Shown here piece by piece: positions 1 through 15,937 of a stretch of 64,000 nucleotides of DNA; the first letter of the stretch is position 1, and every line of letters starts with the position of its first letter. This DNA is from Azolla caroliniana (taxonomy: Eukaryota > Plantae > Polypodiophyta), in assembly GCA_043228905.1 (NCBI GenBank), contig JBHGNT010000007.1, forward strand, positions 620,001-684,000, in the 5' to 3' direction. The position numbers and the translations under genes were made by a program. The notes below the pieces were generated by a model. That model was not told the origin of the DNA, did not search any database, and was given only the letters and a program-made list of their open reading frames with translations.

Positions 1-1878
<1,878 letters not shown>

Positions 1879-1950
1879 TCATTTTATAGATAGCCGTATT
1901 TCTTCTTGTTTTTGCTTTTTGCTTTTTGCGTTTTGCTTTTTGGCTTCCCT

Positions 1951-2050
1951 TTCTAATTGTTTGTATGGATCCACACGTTCCTTTTCACTTGGTCTCTCAA
2001 GCCTTTCTAATTGTTTCGATGGATTCACACGTTCCTTTCATTTGTCTCTC
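1951..2050. repeat. Two-copy ~50 bp direct repeat upstream of the aspartic proteinase gene
   Basis: ttctaattgttt(g/c)..tggat(c/t)cacacgttcctt..ca(c/t)ttg.tctctc occurs twice in tandem. Confidence 0.7.
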
Positions 2051-2698
2051 GGGTTGGGTCACCAAGCTACACGTGCTGATAACCCGAACGTGAGAACCAA
2101 CCTAACAAACGGTAGATTGTATGGCTCCAAATGGGATGTCGTGGCTTGTGTCAATCGACAAATTATCTAAGCATTATTCATAAGTTGGCTCTTGTTAACC
2201 CAGCTACCACATGCTTCCTTGCGCTACCATACCTTCCAAATGTACCTCTAAGATTCGACGATCTGATATCCTTAAGGTTGGATTGTAAGAGGGGTGAGTG
2301 AATTTGCGTGCTTGCTTGATGTTATGTGTGAAATAACAAAACAAACTTGACTCTAAGAAATGAGAAACATTACGACAGTTGTCAAACGTGTGTGCAACTA
2401 TTTGGTCATCAATTACTTGTGTGACATGAAGGATGTTTGGATGACAATAGCTTATAGTTATAACCCCAATTTTCCAACCTTGCAAAACTACCAACCTAAT
2501 TGTCGGAATAAGACTGTGAATTCATAGTTCATTTGTTGTCCTACACGAATGTTCTCGATGTGAGAAATTACAACCACCATTTTCCATTATATGCATGCCT
2601 TCATAGGGAGGCATTCATACGTGTTGGTTGTTCCTTATTTGAACAAGATTGAGAAACAATAACTCTTGCAATGCTTCCTTTCATAGCCCCTTTTCTAC

Positions 2699-2835
2699 CA
2701 AACTTGTTGACGAGCTTGAGAAATCATTGTCGACAATCACATTAATGTTGCATGAATTCACCTCACTTCACCCTCTTAACATGCAACATTATTGTAATTG
2801 TCGACGATGATTTCTCAAGCTCTTCAACAAGTTTG
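2699..2835. repeat. Long inverted repeat (56-bp arms, 25-nt loop)
   Basis: Arm 2699-2754 equals the reverse complement of 2780-2835 with 4 mismatches. Confidence 0.9.
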
Positions 2836-5751
2836 ATTTCGGGAAGCATATAAACTTCCATCGTACCACTTGCGAAATAGTGTGTTTGAATGTGGTATCC
2901 CTGATTGATTTAGCACAACCTATCTTGGATAATGACAACATTCAAATAATTTAATGAAAAGAGACAAGAGCATACGAATGTGGCATAAAAGTTGACCTCA
3001 TTGAATCCTAAAGGGAAGGAGCAATATAAAAAATTTCAAACAACTCAAGTTGGGCCATATTGATCATACACATTATAGATGATATTGACATGAAATGAGG
3101 GGTTTACATCCTAACCTTATGATGTATGTTAATTCAAATATAATTGTTATACATGTCATATAACCAAATTTTCCTCAGGGACGAACTTATATGAGGTTCA
3201 TTATTTAGAGTGCCATGACTCGTTGTCCACTCATTTTCTAAAAAAAGTGTTATGCTTTTGAGCCGTTTGGGAAGCATGCAAAGAACACAAAGAAGTTTTG
3301 TCTTTAGGGTTCAATGCTCATAGTCCGTGACGTTGATGAAGTTGGAAGGAGTGCCATCACTTTTAGCCAAATGCTTCAAATTTTGTAGTTGATAATGGTA
3401 GGTTGACATACTCTTCTCAATCATGCACTACAAGAATATCTTAGGAGCATGTAAAAATGGATGGGTTTAGAATCAGTGACGTGGCTCATTAGGTGCTTAA
3501 ATACATAACAAAGACTACTATTTTAACACACTAGCAAATTTACGACCTATTAAGTGTACGAAGAGAATATGTTCATTGATGAGAATAACGAGAAAAAACA
3601 TTTCATGGAACTAACTTGTGGTTACCATTGTTTTTAGGTGATTGCTATCAATAAGACTGAGTTACGTATTGTTGTTGATTATGAGAAACACACTCAAAAA
3701 ATTATCGAGTTTAAGGAGTGTATGTATCGCTAACTTGCATTTAACAAAGAGTAACCTTCACATAGATTGTTTTCTTTAAGAAACTAGTTTTATTGAATTG
3801 ACAAACTTGTGAAGGAAAAAACACTTCGTCTTTTTTCTTTTTCCAAAAAGAAAAAACCCTTATTGTAACTTGTAAGCATGTTCTTCCGATAATTAAAGAT
3901 GTTACAGTTATCCATGCTATCAAAGAAGTTAATCATGACAAACATTCAAACAAGGATAAGCATAGCTTGGAGTGTCGTGACTTGTAGGTACTTAATCTTT
4001 TTAAAAATTGCAAACGACTTGGTGAATGTTTCCCCATACCACCATATTGTAAATAACTTGCAAAGGAGATGATAACGGGACGCAATGTTTATTCCAATTA
4101 AAGAAAAGTTATGTGATTGATTTGAAAAACTAAACGTGCAAAGTTTAATGTTATGTTTTAAAATATATGTATAGAATCTATTGGTTCCCCTTATAATCCT
4201 TGTTACGTGTGCTTGTGAATTGAGACAACCCTACTCTTTTTGGGAGGGACATGGTTAGATTGTATGAATATGTATATAACATGGACTTGTTGGAGTCAAT
4301 GCCCATCTTGGTGGTATTTATCATTTATGATATACTATCAAATGCTTGAGTCATCATTGGGGTTGATACCCCTATGCATTTGGTTCAAGAATGGTTTGGT
4401 TATATGTTATGTTATGAGATGGATCATATACTAGCTAGAGCACATACTGCACATGTGTCATGTGTGAGATATACATATGGTTTTGTTTGTATGAATTGTG
4501 GCCATATCCAAAGATTCACTATGATCGATAGAGTACATTGATCCTAGAATCCCTTTATTAGATATGCTTAGATATCCAAAGATTCACACACTATTGAGCA
4601 TGGATGGATAGGCTTTAAAGCTCATTGTGAAGTATTTGAAACCTATGTTTATGTGATGAAGCATTACAATAATGCATTTAGCATGTCCATTCCCAGTCAA
4701 ATTCATTCCGGTTGTGTTAAAAAAGAGTTCATGCAATGGTCATTAAAGAGGGGGAAAGCACTAACCTTTCTACTTATTTACAATAACATACTTGCCTTTT
4801 CCAAAATCAACTCAATGTCCCCACAAAAATTTAAAACAAATTGAAAGATCGCTTCATTTTCACAAGTTGATAATCAATTCGGCAAATTTGGGGATTTAAC
4901 TAGTATGATTAACGTGTAACAAAGATTAATAGGTCATAGTAGTTAATTAATTAATTGACATCTAAATGAATGATCAATAAGCATAATATTTAGTCTATGG
5001 CCAAACTTTAGTCTGTTCACTCAATAATAAGTCAAGAATAAAGACTAACCAATGCGATAATTTAATGTCAAACTATGATTAATAAGTGAAATAATGATCT
5101 AGTAATCCACCATGGTTTTGCTTGCTTGGGGAGTGATGATTTAACAACCCAATTAGCAATTAACAAATGTGATTCCACAATTGAATCAACAATCAAACGA
5201 CAAACCAATGAGAAAACTCACCGTAGATAGAAATTCAAAATAAGAACAACAGTTAAATGATCCCGATTACTTCATCAAGTTAGTGTGCGATAGGTTAACG
5301 AGGGGCAAGCTCAACTTAAGAAGACAAAACCGCAGGAGAAATCAAATCAGCAGGGGTATCATTGGAGTTTGGAAAATGGAAGGGGCATCATGTTGAATTT
5401 AGAAAACTTGGGATTCTCCTTACTAGTTATTAGAATTTAGAAGTATAGTTCTCATATTGATCCAAGGAACAGAACAGAACAGAACAGATCGGAACAGAGG
5501 AGCCAGGTATGTCGAGTGACACACAGACACACAGATGCAGATGCACACCCACATCTAGTATCTAAATTTCAATCAACACGGTTCTGCTACATAGAAGTCT
5601 CAATAGTGTTTTTTCTTCTTTCTTTCTTTCTTTCTTTTGTTAATCGATGCTTATAGATGGAGTATTGAAGCTTAAATGAGCATGTTTCTTTTACGGAGAA
5701 GATTAAATGTGGCCTTTTGCTCTTATGCAGCTTCATTGAGTGTCAACAAGT

Positions 5752-8339
5752 ATGGCTACAACAGCTTGTTTTGTCATTGTGGGGGGAAATAATAACAGCC
5801 CTATATATGAAAGTGAAGTTGGTCCTGCTCCTAAGGTAAGAAATCCACAATTTTCATAGTAGTGAGAGCATTATCAACAATATCCATGCACTTTGTACCG
5901 CCCATTTTGAAGTGTACATGTGTGTGAATTTTATGATGTCCATACATATATGCACATGCTATCTATGTGTATGCATTCAGACTTCCAAAAAAATGAGGTT
6001 GGATTCTGGTTTAAGAGAAATCAGAAACCATATCCGAGGTGTACCACCATTAGCATCGTAATAACCACTGTTAGCACCATGCATAAACATTGAGCTGATA
6101 CTTCATTTCAGCAACTAGAGGACTATATGTACAATGATCTTGTAGTGAAAAATGTTAAAGTATGGCTTGTGAATAAAACTGCAACGTTTATACTCTGAAA
6201 ATAACTGCCATTAGTCATTCTATTATGCTATACATGGACATTCAGATGCCTTGAACTTCTTTTCAGAGGAGACTTTGTTAGTGTCTCATTTTCTGCTTTT
6301 ACTGGCATTCATTTAATGCATGCTGAATCTCAACGGTGGGCTTGTGAGTATCGGAAAGGAGAGGTTCATTAGGACACAACTTCCCTAAGTCTTAGTTAAG
6401 TTGTGCAATATTCAAGTCCAATTCATACAGAACATGTCAAGATGTCCCCGCTTCCATGTATTTAAAATGACATTTTGCTCACAGATACCAACTTAATGAA
6501 CAAAAGAATTAGGATACACTAGGCAAGATTTATTCACGAGAAATCATTGTTGTCTCTTAGGCCATTTTGACCTCATAGAGACCTTAATATATCTTTCTTT
6601 CTTTCCTTTTTTCAAAGATAATCATGTGCCTACTTCGTTGGTCAACATATTGATATTTGTGTTCATTTTTTTACAATACTTCATCATTAGAGTGTATAGC
6701 ATTAAGCTGACAACCCGAGTGTAATCTTGATTACTGTGTTAAAGAGAAGGGAAGAGGCAAATAAGTATGACACTTATCCAGTTTATTTAAGAAAAGGGAA
6801 TCACAAATAAATCTATGTTCTGATTAAAGTCAAATGGATGGGTGCAATCAGGATCATTAAGCAAACACCACCACAATGAAATAATTACCCATTATGTATG
6901 GGATGTATTCAAGAGTATGATAGTCTGTTTCGTGGAGGTTTACAAAAAGAACAACTGTGGATCAATCAAAATATCTGCATCCTTTAATATCATAGGGAAA
7001 TATACTGGATCTTAAGTACTCAGGGTAGAATTTGTTCTTTATATCAACTGATGTTTAGCTGATGGGGATCAAAAGATACAACCGTACACTACATTGATGG
7101 TACAGTTGCTAGTAAACTAATATGGAGTTTAGACTAGAGATGATGGAGGGAATGAATCTGATAGAAAATTATGGACACATGGATAACAAGGTTTGTAAAT
7201 TAGATGCTACTCATGCATTTGCATAGTTTCAGATTACCAGAGTGAGTTACAAATGAGAAAGTTTCATGATGTGTTGGAATTCCTGTAAAAGACCTGGGAT
7301 CCATTTTTCTGAATGGTTCTTGTTGCATTATCTACATGTTGTGCGTTTTGCATTTTGATTTTGTAGAAAGAAGAAGCAGCTCATCAGCATCAATTCATTT
7401 TACATGCAGCACTGGACATTGTACAAGATTTGGCGTGGACCACTAATGCTACGTATGTTAATTCTCAAGTTCCCATTTGTATTACAAAATTCTTTGATAT
7501 TGTTGATATTTTACCCTTGTTCTTGTATATCCATTGCTTTCATACTGACTGTTTTGTTCTCGTGATTGTTCGTTAGGTTTTTGAAGTCAGTTGACAGATT
7601 CAATGATTTGATCGTTTCTGTTTATGTGACTGCTGGTCATATCCTTAGTTCAGTGGTGTAAGATGCATATATATATACATATATTTTGATAGAATTGCAA
7701 GGCATATAAATATAGTTCTATAAGTACACCAAAATGATGTTTTGAAAGCCTTGACGACTTCATACGCACAAAACTCATGCTTCTCCACGATTCAAGGAAT
7801 GAAGATGGAATCAGGAATTTTTTCCAAGAAGTCTACGAACTCTACATCAAGGTAACATTAATAGTGGTGTGCTAAGGGATTGGGGTAAATATTGTAATTG
7901 ATGAATCATTAGGTGGCATAGTTGTAACATAATTAGCATACAATACACATCAAATATGTATGCTAAGTATCTAACCTTTTTTTAAAATACTAGAATATGT
8001 GTTCTACACTTAAAAAAACGAAAAATACATTAAATACTTCTTAAAAGTTAAAGTTTTAAAGAAAAAATTAATTTTTAATTTTTTTTTGGAAACATTAAAT
8101 ACTTGTTAAATATGTAGGATATGTGAAACAATTTAAAGTGACAGTTCTAAAATGGAGAATACGCGTAGAATACTTTAAAGTATTTTAAAATGTATTCTAA
8201 ATATAAAATACATGTTTTTTTAACAACTACACATGGTGGTTTGCAGATACTTATGAATCCTTTGTATATACCGGGTTCTCGTATCGTATCACCATATTTT
8301 GATACAAGAGTTAGAGCGCTTGCTCGTAAATACCTTTGA
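5752..8339 (+). CDS. TRAPPC2: TRAPP complex subunit 2 (sedlin/Trs20); exons 5752-5835, 7367-7452, 7577-7638, 7766-7851, 8247-8339; 5' UTR intron 5507-5730
   Basis: Spliced protein MATTACFVIVGGNNNSPIYESEVGPAPK-KEEAAHQHQFILHAALDIVQDLAWTTNATFLKSVDRFNDLIVSVYVTAGRTKLMLLHDSRNEDGIRNFFQEVYELYIKILMNPLYIPGSRIVSPYFDTRVRALARKYL matches the sedlin family. Confidence 0.95.
7639..7765 (+). other. U12-type (minor spliceosome) AT-AC intron in TRAPPC2
   Basis: 5' end ATATCCTT, branch point CCTTGAC at 7749-7755, 3' AC at 7764-7765; removal restores the reading frame. Confidence 0.92.
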
Positions 8340-8747
8340 ATTTATGTTTCTGTTTTTTTCAAGTCAATTGAAAACTTGAAATGATTACACTTTGGATGCC
8401 ATGTCTCTTAATTCATGTACATTGTGAGCAAATGGACTTCTGGTAAATGATATCTTATCTCTTGGTCAAATGATGGCATCTCTTCATTGAGGGTTTTTGC
8501 ACGATGATTGTTTTCAATGGCATGCCGCATCATTATGCCAAATTGGATGATGTTACAAAACCCAAATGTTGTATCCAATTCTTTTCAAATAGACTGTACT
8601 CCAACATAAGTGAATTGCAAAGGTTTCATGTTCACCCCTTGTTTCAGTGACATGGTTTGAATTGTTTGCTATATTGAAGCTTACTTATCACTAGTGTAAT
8701 TTCAAGTATTTGTATTAATGAATAGATTGACAAGTACATTGGATTAT

Positions 8748-8905
8748 GGACTAGTATGAAAGGATATGAAAGGGCTAATATATGACAATGTTGACAAATG
8801 CTAGGACAATCTTGCAAATGACCAAGACAATGTAAAATTGATTAGGGACTAGTATGAAAGGACATAAGACAATAGTGACATCTAGGACAATCTTGCATGT
8901 GACCA
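8748..8905. repeat. Degenerate two-copy direct repeat downstream of TRAPPC2
   Basis: ggactagtatgaaagga...gacaat...ctaggacaatcttgca..tgacc occurs twice. Confidence 0.6.
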
Positions 8906-10750
8906 ACCCAATGCATTATCAGGTCTTCACTCCAGAGCAATCTCCTCCCTTGCAAATTTTGTAAATCAACACAATGACTATAAACATGGGCAAATAGGTT
9001 GAAGAAAGTCTAGTTTGTTTGACTTTGGCTGTTGCAATGTAGACATTTGGTGATTATATTGTAGTGAATTGATGTATGTTAAATCTTGTATAGACTAATT
9101 CAATGGACCATGACAAGAAATAATGGACAAAATTCATGTGATGATTTAATCTCATTGACCAAATGACCAATATGCCCTTTGATCCTTATCTACTTGTATG
9201 ATGAATGATGAATGCTCTTGAAAGAATATACCTCTCTCTCTTTTCCACATGCATGATTATAGAATTCTTATGAGGTTGTACAAGCTTTCGAAAACTCCTA
9301 CCTAAGGACTTAATCATTCATGATGATATTTGCAATGCATTTTGCTCATCTGTTTGACCAATTAACTAAACACATGGAAATTTTAAATAATGAAATTATG
9401 AAGCAAGCTTAGTTTTCATTCCAAATTTACCTTTATCTTTCTACTCTATGATTTTAAAATCACCACCTTCATACTTTGGGGGAGATTGGTTTATAAGGAT
9501 TGTTGGTTCCATAGATCACATGGCTCCATGGGGAAAAGTTCTAAGCCGGAATTTGATTTTGAAAATTCTATGCACATTCTTTTCCACACCAGAATGTAAA
9601 GTAGATTTACTTTATATTTGATTATGATTTACTTTGCCTCCATGAATTGCACTTATATAACCAATCCATCCAATATATGGATAATATAGGAGGAAATTAA
9701 CAGATCCATTACCAGGCCCACATGAAAAATTGACACGAAATTGTCAAGCTTCCACGTCACAAAAGTACAATACCATGTTTGTTTGATCCCATTGTTGTTG
9801 ACTTTATAAATGGCATCAAAGCCAAGCACCACTACCAAATTCTATATGCACAATAAAATAATGCATTCGTGGATAAGTAGGAAATGTATTTAGTAGTTAA
9901 AGACATAGTTGATGTGAACCCTGTACCCACTTTTTTTCTCTACACACATGGTTTGATGATAGCCAAATTAGTTTTAACAAAGCTAGTAACATAAAGAATT
10001 GTCCATCTTGCCAATTTTATGTTGATTTCATCCGGAAAAAATTGTAGTGGGTACAAAATTTAGCATGAAAGGTACATTCCTCATCTAGACATTCACACAT
10101 TTTCTAGGCATAAATTGTTGCTATTCTTCTAGGCTACCTTGTGGTTGTGTTTGGCTCACTACGGTCTTTCTAGGTTTTAGTGTGGTATAATTGCATATAG
10201 CAATCACTCAAGACAATGCATGTTAAAAAGGTTGTATAAATATTATGTGTTTCTTGGTGCCTTACATTCGTAAACATTAAATTGTCAAGACTATGCCAAT
10301 GCTTGCACCCCTAGAGGTTTGCCTATCCTTAGACAAAATCATATGCAATGACAAATACATTGACATAATAGTTGTGCATCAGTGATCCATTGGTCAAGGA
10401 CCCTCTTGCAATCTTACACTTAATTAGATAATTGGAGCAGAATCATTTCAGAAAAATCATGTTGCTCAATATGTTATACCGTATCAATCAAATACTCAAA
10501 AATGTTTTTTAATACCACTCTTTTTCAACATTTACAATTAGACATCCAATTAAGCTTAGATGCTTATTGACCAACACCCCAATGGGCTCAAGATTTTTGT
10601 CTTGATTATTGTGTAGATTAATATCGGCATTCAAAAATTGTACTAATGAACATTGTATAGAGAGTGTAGATGATCTCTAAGAGAGAAATATTTGTCGGGA
10701 TAAGTCATTATTGAAAATGTAGGAGGAAGCTCGGATGAATAGAAGGTGGT

Positions 10751-12200
10751 AGATAGATAGATAGATTTTTTAGCGTCCATAGAGAGACCAATGTTGACCC
10801 ATAGGACCTCAGTACAAAAGTTATCTTGATGTGTGTCTCCTTCCTAGGAAGGAATTTCATACTTTGAAGTACCAACTCTCGGTGTGCGAATAAGGCATAC
10901 ACATATGAGCTCAACCTTATGGGTGTCCTCTTTAGTATGATACTCAAGTCATCACCCCCTGTTAATATATCATCATGGCTATCACGAATTGCACTAGATG
11001 TAGAGCATGTAAAAAGCAAACGATTAGAATTAGTATTAGAATCACCCATAAAGAGGTCAATTTTGACCTATGGGACCAAACTATACATGTGTTCTTGATA
11101 TGTGTCTCCTTCCTAAAAAGGGGTATTCACAATGTCTCTATGCGTGAATAAGGCATGCACATATGAGCTCAACCTTCTAGGCGGTGTCTTAAGTATGACA
11201 CTTAATTTTTCACTCCCTCTTAATATATATCATCATATCTTGAATGAATTGCACTATATGCCGACCACTTGAAGAGCAAGTGACATTCATCGTCTACCAT
11301 GCCTTCATTGCATACTTTACATGCCCTCAAATTTGTTACATTTTGATACCATGATGCAACTTTAATACCTAACTTGTGAGATTGAGTGTGAAGTAGTGTG
11401 AGGGCTCTATGAGCATCTCTACTCATATTGGTAATGAGATAAGGTTGGATACAATCGAGACCAACATTTAGGGTTGACATTTGCAATGTAATATTCTAGC
11501 TTGTCCTCTTAGCATCTTCCCATTTCATCCTTAATGATTCCACCAACCTTTCCTCAATCATTACATAATGCATAACATCGCCCAAAAGCTCTAAAAGATC
11601 ATCCACGCCCGATCTTTTGAACCATTTTCTTATGTCAACAACGCAATTGGATGAGACAATTTTACTCTTATGATTCTTTTGTAGCTTACATCCAACATTC
11701 CAAGCAAGATATGGTAATCAATGATTCGGCATATTCTTGACTTTTGTAACGTATCTATATACTCTTTGGAGTGCCAATATCTCTATGGGCCGAGCGTCTA
11801 TTTCCAAGAGCATAACTTGGTAAGAGGTAGTGCATTTAACTCCAAATTTTTCTTATTTGTTTATACTACTTTAGTATTTTTTTTATCTTTGGCTCGCCCG
11901 AAGGCTACAACTCACACGAAGTCATGTTTTATTAGCAGTACATAGTCTATCAGGGGGTGTACCAAATGGTACGCGTGAGATACATGCATTTAACTCCTAA
12001 TTGCCTCCTTAAAAACATCTTTTGAATTTTCTCAATCTCATTCCATGCATTAGTAGAGATGGTGCCACCCCATAAAGAAATACTTGAGTACCATGGCATT
12101 GAACAACATTAGTTTTGCTTCCCATCTAAAAGCATCACTTTTATTGCATTGGTTCGCCAACAGATAATACCAAACTTGTGAGCTTGATCAAGGCTACACA
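10751..12200 (-). mobile_element. Decayed, 5'-truncated non-LTR retrotransposon (LINE) with duplicated 3' end and (TCTA)n tail
   Basis: Minus-strand fragments SHKLGIKVASW...RACKVCNEGMVDDECHLLF..AYSAI (C-terminal CCHC-type domain of LINE ORF2) and WEAKLMLFNAMV...LYGV; 3' segment present twice (about 10775-11040 and 11045-11290); AGAT repeats at 10751-10765. Upstream boundary is approximate. Confidence 0.72.
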
Positions 12201-13729
12201 TGTATAGTTGAAGGGTCTCCTTGTTTGTGTCACAACACTATGTCTTGTTGAATAGAATGGAAGCAAAGTTGCGTGGAAGTGGTTCTCTGGATTGTGAACA
12301 AATAAGTTAACTCTAACATATGTGTGTTACTTCTTCATTTATTACATCAATTTTGGAACTTCACATTTTGGGTTTGATCTTATTTTGCTCCCTATGTTAT
12401 TCATGGAAGTTAAAGTCTTCATTAAAAACTCATTGTTGCTCCCAACCTTCCACATGTGTTGTCATGTAAATGGGAAGAGCCATGGTCTTAAAAAGTAGGA
12501 GCATGTACGATGTTTGTATCCTATCATGATGAAATTGGACATTTTCAATCTCTTTCCAAGTAGGCTTAGAGAATATCTCATTTCTAGTCGATTAGGGAAT
12601 ATGAAGGCTTCATACTACATACCTTGAAGTTCCCTTGGATTGCAAATGGCCAATTTCTTAAGCCCTCATACATCCACACAATGGTAACTTAAGGAAGGAT
12701 TGCATATATAAAAGAAAACATAACACATCAATTTTATCTCCCTCAAATTTGATTGCGTAAATAGGTTATTACTATGTACACCAAAGTCCATAATTGTCAA
12801 CAAATTTTTCCTTTACATTTCTCCCAATTTTTGCCACAAGTATGTCCTTTCTCTTGGGTTTTGAGAAATTGTCAATTAACATGGGCCATTTTATTTCTTA
12901 AATAATGCATTAGTATGCATGTACATGTTCTTATATTTGGTTCTATTGAAATGCATCAAGTAACTTCATGCTTATTGGCATTCCTTATTAAGCTATAGTT
13001 ATGTGATTGAAAGACAAAATTGGTATATGAGACAAATTCTATATACAAAGATGTTGTATGGAAAATTGTAGTCGAGATGTGAAGAGATGACAACTTCAGA
13101 GAAAAGGTAAGGTTTACACTAGTGGAAGGTAAGAAATAGGTGACGTTTCCCATTGGGAAAAGGTAAGAAACCAAAGATATTTTCTCTCATAAGAGTTATG
13201 GAATGAAGATATTTTTTTATTTGAGAAGGTTTAAAACTCGGAACTTTTTGTTTTTCGTCAAAAGAGTTAGGGACTCTTTATTGTTAAGGCATTAAGGATT
13301 TCCATGGGAGAAGAAAGGAAGATATACATGTTTGTATTTGAACAAAACTTGCGAAAAGTGTGAGATAAGTATAACATGGCCCACGTATGGGTATATCTTC
13401 TTGCATATGTCTTTAGCTTTTTATGACCCATGACCCAAAAGTGTGAGATAAGGATAACACGGCCTATGTATGGGTATATCTTCTTGCATATGTTTTTAGC
13501 TTTTCGTGACCACGACTCAATCTTCTCTTGATCTCCATTTGTTAAGTATGCATACATAGAGAGCAAAGCCAACATTACACATAGAGATAAAGAGGCTCCC
13601 AAATATATATGTATGGTCAATGGGATGAGGCCTGAAAGCCCACGGGTAGGCCAAACTTCTCAAGGGTTAAAACATTTATGCTCACGACCATAACAAAGAA
13701 ACGTAGGACCAAGTGCGAATATTCACTTT

Positions 13730-14095
13730 GAACACACATGTACATATGCATATGCATATACATGTATATGTATGAATGTGATGTACATTTCACAAGTGTA
13801 TATTCACTATGAACACACATGTACATATGCATATGCATATACATGTATATGTATGAATGTGATGTACATGTACATGTACATATGCATATGTACAATATGC
13901 ATATGTACATGTACATGTATACATATACATATGCATATTCACATGTACATGTATACATATGCATATGCATATACACATGTATATGTATGAATGTGATGGA
14001 CATGTATTTACATTATGTATACATAATGTGAAAGTAATATTATCCCTCTTTATCTAGACAAATATATATGTATGTATTTATATATATATATACAT
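13730..14095. repeat. Compound alternating purine-pyrimidine microsatellite (CATATG/CATGTA/TA) with an ~80-bp internal duplication
   Basis: Directly visible; generates the spurious Met/Tyr/His/Cys ORFs of the ORF track. Confidence 0.9.
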
Positions 14096-14213
14096 ATCTC
14101 AAGCTTTTCCATTACCATTCATCCATAATCACCATAGAGAACAGAGGACCACTGAGAAGGGGCGAGAGAGGGTTATCAATTGAAGAAGAAGAGGAATCTA
14201 AAGCTTAGAAGCT

Positions 14214-15937
14214 ATGGCGGAGAGGTGTGATTTGATTATGATGAGGAAACCATGTCATTCAATATTCATAGGTCATCCTTTACAGCTATCAAAACTGTTC
14301 AATAACAGAGTATCTTCATTTTCACCCTTACATTCATTCATGAAACCACCAGCACCATCATCATCATCATCATGCTCTGTTTCCAGAGTGATGGCTATGG
14401 TTTTTTCTCTCAACAAAGAAGACAATATTCTTGGGATCCAATGGCAACCGTTGCTTAGATTCGATAGAGATGAACTCATTGCAGAAGCTCCTTTTCTTAA
14501 TAGGAATTGTGAAGATCTGGACTGGGAAAAACAAGCGCTAGATCTTCGTGCCTTAGCAAAGCTTTCTATGCAGAATACCAACAAAACCATAGATGCAGCG
14601 GTAAGGCGTAGTTTTTGTTCTTGTTTTTTCTTTTTACTTCTATCTTTAAAACCAGTAAAATTTTTTAATAGCTTTAAAACTACTTATTTTGATCTTTAAA
14701 TCATAATTTTGTTACAGAGGCGAGACATAATATTCCACTTGTTTATTTACCTTTAAGTCCACTTGTTTTGATCTTTAAACTTTTTCTGTTTTTGCTTTTA
14801 AATCCACTTCTGCCCAAAATTCAAGTCATGTATTTTTTTGGGTATTAAAACCACTTTTACTGTTCTCGAAGATCTGAATCTAATTATTTAACCTTCAAAT
14901 CCACTTTGTTTTTAGCTCTTATCCGATTTGACTGTTAAAATTTGTCATTAATTCCATGCATATAAGCCTGTGTATATTCATACAGTTTCAACTTTCTCAT
15001 AATGATCATGGACTGATGATGGGCTTTAAGAATTTCTCTATGGATTGATTGCCTTTTCTTCATCTTTTTGTTTCATTTACTATAAATAGAGCATCGATAA
15101 TGGCAATGAAGACACATGGTTTTCTGCTGGACTCGCTCTCGCAACTGCATTGATTTTCCAGATTGGGTCTTCATCGGATGCCTTTGGAGCTGAAGAGATG
15201 GTACGGCAAGTTGAGGCAGCTGAAGCCGCCTCAAGGGCCCCTGGGTGGCTAGCGCCATCTCTCCTCGCGTTTCCACTTGTTTCATATGCCATATTCAGTG
15301 TGTATAGAACCCAGGTATTATTCTAGATGTTAATAAGCTCGAGTCCATAAAATTTTCAAAATGCCTCACACACGCACACATATTAGATCCATTCATTCTC
15401 TTTCCACTAGATATTTTTTTTGAACAATTTGTAGTTTTTCTTAGCAAAAGATTTAAAACGCCAAACATGCATATTGGATCACTTTTTAGAAGTGGAAATT
15501 TCAAGTGATGTGATTAAGGAGAAGTAGAGTTACAGATCCATTCATGATCTTTCAGTTAAATATTAAGTTTGAAACAGCTTGTGTTTTTTTCTAAACATAA
15601 ATTTTAACAAAACATGCAGATATAAGAGTTGTTGTCAGTTTAGATTAAAGAGAATCAGAGTTATAGATCCAATTCATGCTATAAATTTAAGACTAATAAG
15701 CCCTATTTGTCCTCCTTTTAAGGTAAATCCATATGCCAATGTATCTGATTGGCTGTTTGGAGTGGCAGCAGTGGTTATCATTGCAAACCTCGTGTTGATA
15801 TCAACAATTGGAGTAAGAAATAACGAAATTAACTTTACAAGATCTAGTATTTGTTTTTGTTGCAACATTAGTTTATGTTAGAGAATCCTAATCATATTCT
15901 TGATTTTTATTGCATGATGTAGGTGCGGCTGTATTGA
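14214..15937 (+). CDS. Uncharacterised probable chloroplast/thylakoid membrane protein; exons 14214-14600, 15090-15314, 15723-15812, 15923-15937
   Basis: Ser-rich transit-peptide-like N-terminus; in-frame GT-AG exons give ...AGLALATALIFQIGSSSDAFGAEE...APGWLAPSLLAFPLVSYAIFSVYRTQVNPYANVSDWLFGVAAVVIIANLVLISTIGVRLY* (hydrophobic stretch plus two TM-like helices). Confidence 0.75.

Noticed and set aside
2100-4200. Decayed DNA transposon
   Set aside because: Coding-like patches exist, but I could not identify a transposase motif, TIR or TSD; the same holds for 26200-27600 and 34100-36200.
13617-14031. His/Met/Cys-rich metal-binding proteins
   Set aside because: Translations of a microsatellite that is open in several frames on both strands.
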